This document shows, piece by piece, positions 14,291 through 25,052 of a stretch of DNA of 64,000 nt. Every line of letters starts with the position of its first letter. Position 1 is the first letter of the stretch. This stretch comes from the human T2T-CHM13v2.0 reference genome, Homo sapiens. The notes beneath the pieces are model-generated. The model made no database searches. It saw only the letters and a list, made by a program, of their open reading frames with translations, and had not been told where the DNA came from. The stretch lies in the NCBI RefSeq assembly GCF_009914755.1, contig NC_060929.1; one strand, written 5' to 3'. A program made the translations under genes and the position numbers.

Positions 14291-14480
14291 ACACACCCCT
14301 GAAATAACCAGTGGGGAAGATGCTGGGACACGCGGGAAAACGCCTCCTGAACAAATAGACGTTTATTTATAACTTCTGGGAGAGTATATAGGTCCATTGA
14401 TTCCCGCCTTGAGTAACCAAGGGTTTTGGAGAGGAAATGGCTTCATATTTCAATAACAGAGCCACCTTTGATGGAGTCTA
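13587..14480 (-). promoter_or_regulatory. HAPLN1 proximal promoter region
   Basis: Free of transposons, GC-elevated, and immediately upstream of exon 1. Two minus-strand TATAAATA motifs lie at 14146-14153 and 14364-14371. Confidence 0.65.
14237..14296. repeat. (GC)6(AC)~18 compound microsatellite, Z-DNA prone
   Basis: Alternating purine-pyrimidine tract read directly. Confidence 0.95.
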
Positions 14481-15150
14481 GGAAGGGGAAAAAAGAAACA
14501 CACCGCAGGAAGCAAACGGCTGTTGGAGCAGCCGGGAGGAGGGAGCGGGGCTGGCCCTGGGACTGAGGACAAGCAAACAAGCTCGAGGGGCCCGCGGCCA
14601 GGGTGGAGGCGAGACGCAGGCCGTCCCCGAGTTGCAGCGAGCAGGGCCCGGTGTCGCGGAGCGCTGGGGACGTGCGGGGATTCGCGGCCGTGCTCCCGGC
14701 TCCAACCTCCGGCCCCGGCGGGGCGGCGCGGGCGGGACTGCGGGCTTCTTAAGGCCGCCGCCGCCGCTCGGGCTGTGGCGCGGGTTGGGGAGAGGGTTCC
14801 GTGGGCCGTAGGGACTGAGGGAGTCGTAAGTCGATGAGCTAGTGGGGCAGGAGGATGGGCGGGTCCAGGGCGTCCTGGAGGTGCAAGGTGGGATGGGAGG
14901 ACCTGAGGGGCAGCCAAGCTGCTGGGGAAGCCGCCGGGACGGGGGCTCTGGCCGACAATGCAGGTGGCCGGTGTGCAGATGAGCCAGCGCGCGGGGTGCG
15001 GCCGCCGGGATGCCCGATCCGAGTCGCGCGGGTGGCGGCGAGCGGCGCTATTGTCTTAAAGATAAAGCCTAAGCCACGGGGACTGCCTCCTCCTGGACTC
15101 TGGAGAGAGGCGGGAGAGATTGCAGGGGAAAAAAGGCTTCTTCCCGCGTC
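14480..15150. promoter_or_regulatory. CpG island
   Basis: Very high GC and dense CpG with GC boxes (e.g. GGGGCGGCGCGGGCGGG near 14720), against an AT-rich, CpG-depleted background. Confidence 0.9.
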
Positions 15151-16558
15151 TTCTGAGAGATTTCACCAGTTCTTGCCTCTGGGCTCCCCCTTGCCATTCT
15201 GTCTTTGGTAAATCAACACGTGCCTCTTGGAAAGGTTTCATTTCAAAGACAAACGGAACACTCACACACCCTCCCTAAATGAAGACAGTTATATTCAAAA
15301 TGAATTCTTCATCAGGCGTTCAACACCTTTCTTGGAATTCCAAAACCTGGGTGAGGGCGCTTCTCTTATTTTTCTGTTTCCCCTCCCGCACAGGGAACAG
15401 GTTTTGCAGTTTTATGTCCCTAATCTAGTGGCTATTGAGGCAGCTGTTATATAGGCCTCTACATTAACTGCCAATAAAAATAAGATACATCTCGGCTTTT
15501 CAACTATGCAAAGGGTTTTTATGCTATTCATATTTCTTGTAAACGTTCAGGGTGGTGTGTATTTTAAAGAACATAAACGAATTAGACTTATAAACAAATA
15601 TCCAATTTTTATATTAAAGCACCATAAAGGTGGTAAGGCTGGTGGTGTGTGGCTATGATATCATATAAAGACAGTTTAAATACCGATCTTGTTCCCTCAG
15701 CTTAACAACCTAATTTCTGGCGATTGCCTGGAGCGTAAATCAAATCAGCTGGCTCATGGCTGGCACTTGTTCCCCTATTTTGTGGTCTGCTCTATACACT
15801 TATTCCGGCACAACATTAAGATAATTTAATGTATTCTCTTCTGAAATTGTTTAATAACCACCCAAGACAATCTATTTTGCAACTTAGTCACACCATGGTG
15901 AGCTACACTAGATTTTTTTTCAATCTCAGGTATAGCCGCAACTATTGAGATAGACTTCCAGAAATAATGACAGGTACTTACCTCTGAGTCATCCTGTCCC
16001 TCCTGATCCTCCCCTATTTCCAGCCTTCCCTTCCCCATTGCCTCCTTACTAGTCTTTGTTAAAGATCCCCAGTCTTTTTAATCACAAATATTTAACCTAT
16101 CAATAGTGTGTATTTGAAGTGTTATTCAGGCTTAATTTAATTGACGTTATATACATTTTTCCATTCGTTTTGGGGTTCACATGGTTTTCTAGTTATTTAA
16201 ATTTACATTGGAATTAGCTTTAAGAGTCTTTTAAAAAGATTTTTATGTTCAGTTAATTAATGTTCAGCCAAATTGTGCTTTATGGAGGCATACATTACTT
16301 TGATTAGCCCTTATAGTTTTTCATCAGGGCACAGGCATTATAATAAGCCATGGTAAAAAATCAAATCAAGTAAATGCAGGAATAAATACAACTCTATTTT
16401 CATGACTAAATATTTTACAAAGATATAAATTGTAAAAATAATTTTTGAAGACCAAAATATCTTCTTAAAGAAAACCATATCAAAAAAGTATTCTGTATTT
16501 GAAGATTTCCTGTATTTATTAACATTAGTAAGTCATGTGGAAATTCAAATCTTTCCTT

Positions 16559-16932
16559 TGTTAAATCAAGGTTAGCCTAAAGCTGTCTTCTTACATATTT
16601 TAAGTTTGGCCTAAAGGTTTCTCTGTACATTGTGAACTATAACCTGAATGGAATTGTAAACAGACTGTAGCCTGCTCTTGTGGCAACACTGAGCTTTGGC
16701 CAATCACATGTGGCCAACTGTTCAAACCCTGTTCAAATAAGGCAAAGGTGGAGCTATAACCAGTCCGGGGGTTTCTGTACCTCACTTTCCTTTTTCTGCC
16801 CATAAACCTTCTACCACGTGGCTGTGTTGGAGTTTCTGAGCCTGCTCTGCCTCTGGAGACTGTTGGAATTGTTCTTTGCTTAATCAAACTCTTTTAAATT
16901 TAGTTTTGCTAAAGTTTTTTTTTTCCCTAACA
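16559..16932 (+). mobile_element. Solo ERV1 LTR, MER57 family
   Basis: TG...CA termini; tgttaaatcaaggttagcctaaagctg...ggcctaaaggtttctctgtacat matches recalled MER57. No clear TSD. Confidence 0.75.
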
Positions 16933-17290
16933 CATAGCATATTGAGGTTTGTTTTATTTGCTTTTTTAATTTAGAGAAGGCAAATAAGCCATTTTTTTAA
17001 GTTTCAAGAAAAACCAAACTTTTTTTTATTTTTCAATAATATATTTTGAACTATTTCTCATTCTTATTAAATAATCTGATGTTAAACAATATTATTTCAA
17101 AATATGCTGATGTATTTATATTATATAAAATTATATATCAAAATATTCTATATATAATATATACAGCATATTTTGAAATGATGTTTAATGTAATACAACA
17201 GTATTTTATAAGAATGAAAAACAGGTTAAAAAATGGTGTTATAAAATGTAACTTTGCATTCTTTTGCTAATTGTAACACAATTTGAGTAA

Positions 17291-17368
17291 TTAGGTTGAA
17301 CCAGATAAAATGGAATATTCAACCTTTTTTGACCTACCAAAAAGCAATTTCAGCTGGTTTCACCTTAT
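17291..17368. mobile_element. MADE2 mariner-derived MITE (~80 bp palindromic)
   Basis: ttaggttgaacca...tttttgacctac...gcaatttca.ctggtttcacctta, with terminal inverted repeats. Confidence 0.75.
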
Positions 17369-18830
17369 ACAAATTTGAATATGTGTGTAGCATAAGTGTA
17401 GCAGGAACATTTTCAACTTTTAAAAAAATATTGATCTGCAATATCATGAATATTTAATATGTAATAAATTCCCAAGCAGAATAGTATGCCTGCTGGCATA
17501 TTACACTCGTAACAAAATATACATTTATATTCAAAAGGGGATTATCTAAATTCATCTCCTCTTCAAACTCCAAAAGAGGCTGCTGTTATCCACTAAATTC
17601 CAGAGAATTGCTTCCCTCTGAGCACTTGTTTCCTGGAATTTTTGCCTCAGGCTGACATTATATCTGATTGAACATCTGCTAGGATAAAGGTTCAGCTTCG
17701 TGCACTTTGGAGGTACTGGGGGGAGGAAAGCCATTTGACCTTTCCTGTCTGAGGGCTCAGAACTTCATTAAAGCACCTCCTGGGATTGTGGGCATAGCCA
17801 TGAGAAAGACACCATTTGTAATTAAGTCCTTCCCACTGGCTATATTCCTGTTGAACTCGATGATTAAAATACAAATTCAATATTCTAAATGGTCACAAAG
17901 CATTTGATAAAAGGTTATTTTGCTTTTAATGCAATGAGGGGGAGGGATGACTTTCCAAGAGCCCACTTTTTGTGCTCACTCTCAGAAAGTGTCCAGCAGA
18001 CAGACTCTTCAAAAGGGCATGCTAAATAATTAGGCAATAAATTGTTCAAATGTTAAGAGCAGAGCTGTTCCAGAAGCTACTGAGGCCAAATGAGTCCATC
18101 ATACCAAGTGATAAATATCCTTGGCTCCTAAGAAGTAAGCGCCTGCTTGTCCCTATGTTGGTCTATTGAATTGGTTCTGGGTTCACAGCATCATCCATTA
18201 TCTTTCTTGTAATTTATTGTTCTCTCAGTGTGTTTCTTTTGTCCAGAACATCCAAACTCTTCCTTCATTTCTTCAATGAATTGATAAGTATTTCATTATT
18301 GTCCTGATTTTACTAATTTTGCAATAGGACCCAGATTCAGTCCCATCTCCTTTGTCAGCTTTTTGTTTCTGTTTGTAGCTACAATGAATTTTAAAACAGA
18401 ACTTTCTAATAGTTTATTTCTTTTAAAATACCTGACATAATGACAAAATATTAACATTTTTCAAATCTGAGGATTGAAAACACTGGTCTCAGGTTTTTTT
18501 TCTATTTTCTGTTTAAATTACAACTGAAAAAATATATAAATAAAAAAGATATAGGAAAAAAGAAGACAAAAATAAGTAAGGGTCACCAGAATGTCAGCTC
18601 CATAGGGCAGACATCTTTGGTTGGTTTGGTTTTACTGGCCTATCACAAGCACTGAGAACAGTACCTGGCACTCAGTAGGTACTCCCATAGATATGATTTG
18701 AAGGTTTATGGCACTCATGTCACTATTTAGAAGTTGAGATGCAAGGTCATACAAGTAGGGAGTGAAAAAGCTGGGATCAAACCTAAAGTCTGGAATATTT
18801 TCCTTGTCCCATGTTACCTAGAAAGTCTAG

Positions 18831-19134
<304 letters not shown>

Positions 19135-19323
19135 GATTCCTTTGGTATTTTTAAAACACAGATCTATCCATGCTTCTCTGCGTTGTTGACAATGAAAACT
19201 TATATATACCAAATACTACGTAAATTCTTCCAAATCTCAGAAACGGTAGAGATTTGAAGGTAAAACTTCCTCTGTGTGTATGAACTTCTCAAGGGCCAAA
19301 CTTTTAATACTTACCTCATTTCT

Positions 19324-19536
19324 TACTTTTTTTTAGTTCTTCTAAAAATAAAAACAAGACACATGTGCAGAATGTGCAGGTTTGTTACACAGGTATGCAT
19401 ATGCCAAGGTGGTTTGCTGCACCTATTGATCCATCCTCTAAGTTCCCTCCCCTCACCCTCATCTTCCACCCCACAACAGGCCCTGGTGTGTATTGTTCCC
19501 CTTTCTGTGTCCATGTGTTTTCAATGTTCAATTCCC
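19324..19536 (-). mobile_element. 5'-truncated L1 (L1PA8-like), 3' UTR only
   Basis: L1 3' UTR; TSD TACTTAYCTCATTTCT at 19308-19323 and 19537-19552. Confidence 0.85.
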
Positions 19537-19845
19537 TACTTATCTCATTTCTAGTGCCCCGCACAGTTTAGTGCACAAAGTGAATTGTCCTCATTTTTGT
19601 GGTCATCTGTAGCAGAGTTTGAGTGATTTGGCAAATGATTAACCCTTCTCCTGTGTGCTTGCAGAATAATCCAATTCTACTTAACTTAGAGTTTTTAAAG
19701 TGGTTCTAGGAACGTGAATCATCACTGTAGATGAATATCTTTCTTTCACAACATCAAATATGGTTCCCTTATTGATGACAATCAATCCAAGTAAGTGATC
19801 CTTATATGCATTTCTGTCTGTTTGGGAGCAGATTGATAAGAAACC

Positions 19846-20903
19846 AAAAGCAATGGCAACAAAAGCCAAAATGGACAAATGGGATCTAATTAAACTAAAG
19901 AGCTTCTACACAGCAAAAGAAACTAACATCAGAGTAAACAGGCAACCTACAGAATGGGAAAAAATTTTTGCAATCTATCTATCTGACAAAGGGCTAATAC
20001 CCAGAATCTACAAAGAACTGAAACAAATTTACGAGAAAAAACCCCATGAAAATGTGGGTGACGGATAGAACAGACACTTCTCTAAAGAAGACATTAATGG
20101 GGTCAACAAACATATGAAAAAAAGCTCATCATCACTGGTCATTAGAGCATTGCAAATCAAAATTGCAATGAGATACCGTCTCATGCCAGTTAGTATGGCA
20201 ATCATTAAAAAGTCAGGAAACAACAGATGCTGGCAAGGCTGTGGAGAAAGAAGAACACTTTTACACTGTTGGCTGGAGTGTAAATTAGTTCAACTGTTAT
20301 GGAAAATAGTATGGTGATTCCTCAAGGACCTAGAACCAGAAATATCATTTGACCCAGCAATCCCATTGCTGGGTATATACCCAAAGGATTACAAATCATT
20401 CTACTTTAAAGACACATGCACACATATGTTTATTGCAGCACTGTTCACAATAGCAAAGACTTGAAACCAACCCAAATGCCTATAAATGATAGACTGGATA
20501 AAGAAAATGTGGCACATATACAGCATGGAATACTATGCAGCCATAAAAAGGATGAGTTAAAGTCCTTTGCAGGGACATGGATGAAGCTGGAAACCATCAT
20601 TCTCAGCAAACTTACACAGGAACAGAAAACCAAACACTGCATGTTCTCACTCATAAGTGGCAGCTGAACAATGAGAACACATGGACACAGGGAGGGAAGC
20701 ATCACACACCGGGGCCTGTCAGGGGGTGGGGGTCTAGAGGAGGGATAACATTAGGAGAAATGCCTAATGTAGATGACGGATTGATGGGTGCAGCAAACCA
20801 CCATGGTACGTGTATACCTATGTAACAAACCTGCACATTCTGCACATGTATCCCGGAACTTAAAGTATAATAATTTAAAAAAAAAAAAAAAAAGAAAGAA
20901 AGA
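19846..20903 (+). mobile_element. 5'-truncated L1 (L1PA7-like) with an A/(AAAG)n tail
   Basis: ORF2 C-terminal peptides (ORFs 19853, 20114, 20416); TSD AAGAAACC at 19838-19845 and 20904-20911. Confidence 0.92.
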
Positions 20904-21547
20904 AAGAAACCCTTAACAAAATTGGGACTATTATGGGAAGATTTGGGGCAAAAGTCTACTCATTAGGGAGGGACTCCAAATTATTTTCGAAGACTTATTC
21001 CTGTTACTTTTGGTGTTTCATTCAATAAAATCCAGTGTTTCTTATTGACACACTCATGCAGATTAATGCATAGGAGCAGCCAGAACAAAAAATGAGATAT
21101 GCCAAAAAAGTGCTTAGGATAAACTGTAGTCACTGAATCTGAAGAGCTTTCTCAGTGGTGACTGTTCAGACTGGCACATTTTAAACTTCGATGAAATTTG
21201 AAATGTCTTAGGATCTAAATTTTAAAATTCATGCTGTCAATGGGGCAAATTATATTTGTGTTAGGAAGAATCCCGAGAATTTGGCAACCTCTTTGGCTCT
21301 TGCATTTTGAGGATTCAGAATTAGAAATGGCCCACTTTTAGTAAATGTTGGGCATAACTGTCTTCCTTTGGACAGTCTCCTTGTTCTTAGTGATGCCATA
21401 GTGATCTTCAACCTCTTGGTCTTGCTTAGTACTATTTCTATTTTAAGAAATATACAATTTAACTGAAGGAATTTCTAAAATTTACATAAACGTTTTTCCC
21501 TCGTCACCATATGTATTCATTCCTGAAAACTCATGTAGTTTTTTTAA

Positions 21548-21890
<343 letters not shown>

Positions 21891-22178
21891 AGTCTTTATC
21901 TTGACTCCTCCCTTGGTTGGATTGTGTCATAGAGGCAGTTACTGGCTGATTTAGAAGAGCTAATGGTGGCTTTGGTCTATGCATTTTTGTGTTTTGTGAA
22001 ATGTCTTTCTGTGATTTCTGAACTAGTGTTTCATAAGTTATTTTCCATTCAGCCATTGCTGGTTTATTGCTCTTCCTGATTACTTTCACCAGTGAGACCT
22101 TTGGATAGGAAAGAACTATTGTCTTTACAAGGATTAAGCACCTATAAGATTGCCATGAAACCCACTTCATGTTGCAGG

Positions 22179-22218
22179 AGATTCAACCTTTGAATAAGAT
22201 TCAACCTTTGAATAAGAT
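22179..22218. repeat. Perfect 18-bp tandem duplication of a hairpin unit
   Basis: AGATTCAACCTTTGAATA x2, plus AGAT. Confidence 0.9.
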
Positions 22219-22299
22219 AGAGTATTAAATATTTGAATCTATATTAATTGTGCATTGCTTTCTAAAGGTTTTGTATTTTAAACATCTATTTTTTAGAGG

Positions 22300-22445
22300 A
22301 TAAAAATTGTACTTATTTATAGTGTACAATATGATGTCCTCACATATGTCTACAATGTAGAAGGGCTAAATTGAGCCAATGAATACACAGGTTATCTCAC
22401 AGAAGCATCCTTTTTCTGTGGTGAGAACACTTAAAATCCACTTGC
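22300..22445 (-). mobile_element. L1MA 3'-end fragment
   Basis: ...gtgtacaatatgatg...gtggtgagaacacttaaaatc is typical of L1MA 3' ends. Confidence 0.6.
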
Positions 22446-22490
22446 TTATGTCATGCTGTCTTTGATTGTCCTGATATTAAGAAACTTCTT

Positions 22491-22836
<346 letters not shown>

Positions 22837-24699
22837 TCACATTACTATCTAGAACACCATTTGCTACTTTTATACTGCCTTGTATTTTTATTTGTATTTT
22901 CATGTATTTAGTTATTTTATTGGGTGCACCATAAACTCTCTGAGGGCAGATATTATATCTTTACATCTGCAGTTTGTAGCACACAGCCTTGTGGTTAAAA
23001 GCTGATCAAAAAATGTTTATTCCTATCTTTGAAGATGACAATGAGATTCTTTATATTCAGGAGAGAAAAGAAAAATAAATGAAGAAAGCTAGTTATTGAA
23101 CAAACTAGTTCAGAGCATTTTGCATCTAACAGCCAAAGGCATAAATAATAAATCATCAGAAGTTGATTAATAATTTTACCATTGTTATTGATCACATAGA
23201 ATTAAAAGAAATATAATACATATTTTTCTTCCATGCTTGGCTGATAAATATGATTGTATAAATGTTAATCAACAAAAGTAAAATGTTTATTCTTTTAAAA
23301 AGCTAGGTTGAGGTTAGCAACAAAATTGGGTTATTGTTTTAGGATTACAATATCAGCCACTTGAATATTGACTTTTTTCACTTATATTTATAAAGTTCTT
23401 CTAAATTTAAAGTAGTTCTAACTATCAGTAAATTTAGTCCTCATTGCATTTTCTTTTTGCTCCTTTTTCTTAAAACCTTCAGAGAAAAGTTTGTCAAGTC
23501 TAATTGGGCTAGAGTGATTTATATATAGATCTTCTTATGGTAAAATGGGTGAATTAGCTAATGCATCAAGGTTGGCATACGGCAAGACTGCTCAGAAAGC
23601 CTGAAGGATAGGGCTTTGATTATTTGGAAGTAATAGAAAATAGTCCAGAGTTGTTAAAAAGGCAGAAAGAAGACAGAAATATATGTATCAGAAGTTTGTG
23701 ATGAAGAATTTTGAAAGGGAGACAGTAAAGTTCCAAGTTTATGAACAGTTCTACTAGAAGAAAATATTAACATAAATACTTAAAAGAACATACCTCTTAG
23801 TAAACTTTGAATTAAGCGGTTTGGCTATAAATATCTAGAAGGTTTTGACATTTCACATATAAGTCTATGCTAAACTTTATAGGTAATATCTAATTTTTCT
23901 GAATATCTCCATAAATACACAATTCTCTCTTTACATCCAAGTTTTAGGCAGGGGCGAGATAGTATTTTTTTAAAAGAATAGCTAAGGTACATATCTACAT
24001 CTCTATGTACATACATATATGTATATCTTTCTTGCATTGAGGTCACCAGAAGGCTCACTTTTGGTTTGTTTTAAGTACTGACAAAGTAAAAGGACTTTGG
24101 AAGGAGCCTTTCAATAGTGGATGTAGAAATAGCCTTACACACATTTATCTTGAACACTTCGTTTCACAGACTTGTCCAGCCAATTGCTTATACTGTAAAT
24201 TGGAAATCTGTGTGGTTTTTTTTTTTCTTTTCTTTTCTTTTTTTTTTTTTTGCATGGTCTAGCTGTTCCAACATATAGCTAAATTAAGACATGAAAGGCT
24301 GAGCTGGAAGGAAGACTCTAAGAGCAACAGAAGAAAAGAGGAAGTATTTCTCCATTTGTGCCTAATTACTGCTACCCTCACGGCTGAATACACAGTAATT
24401 CTTCCCTAATACTGACCTAAATGTCAGATAGAGAATGCTTGCTGGTACAAGTACCTGCTGAATATCTTGTAAGTTTAAAGCAGGTAATTTGGGTCCATGA
24501 AAACTACTGAAATGAGGCAAAGTTGGAGTGACTGTCTCTCAGCTCATTCAGGAAAACAATTGTTGGTAACTTTAGAATCTGTGATCTCTATGAAGTTTTT
24601 CCCTATTGATGTCCTCTACTCTAAGCTCTCCTTATCTCCCCTCATCTCTTTCCTAACAAATAAAAAGAAGGATAATTTTTTTAGAATTAAAAATAAGTT

Positions 24700-25000
24700 G
24701 CCGGGCCCAGTGGTTCACACCCGTAATCCCAGCAATTTGGGAGGCCGAGGTGGGCAAATCACTTGAGGTCAGAAGTCGGCGATCGGCCTAGCCAACATGG
24801 TGAAACCTCATCTCCACTAAAATACAAAAATTAGCTGGGTGTGGTGGCAGGAGCCTGTAATCCCAGCTACTTGAGGGTCTAAGGCAGGAGAATCCCTTGA
24901 ACCTAGGAGGTAGAGTTTGCAGTGAGCTGAGAATGCCACTGCACTCCAGCCTGGTGACAGAGTGAGACTGTCTCAAAAATAAATAAGTGAATAAATAAAA
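24700..25000 (+). mobile_element. AluS
   Basis: Dimeric Alu with an (AAAT)n tail. Confidence 0.92.
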
Positions 25001-25052
25001 ATTTTAAAAAAGTTAAAATGATCTAAGTAAATGCTTTAGTATTTTGATAAAT

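Noticed and set aside
14450-15211. Long Pro/Arg/Ala/Gly-rich ORFs
   Set aside because: Expected stop-codon depletion in a CpG island; they overlap in several frames and contain no recognisable domain.
17291-17368. Possible miRNA-like hairpin
   Set aside because: Explained by MADE2 terminal inverted repeats; no expression evidence.
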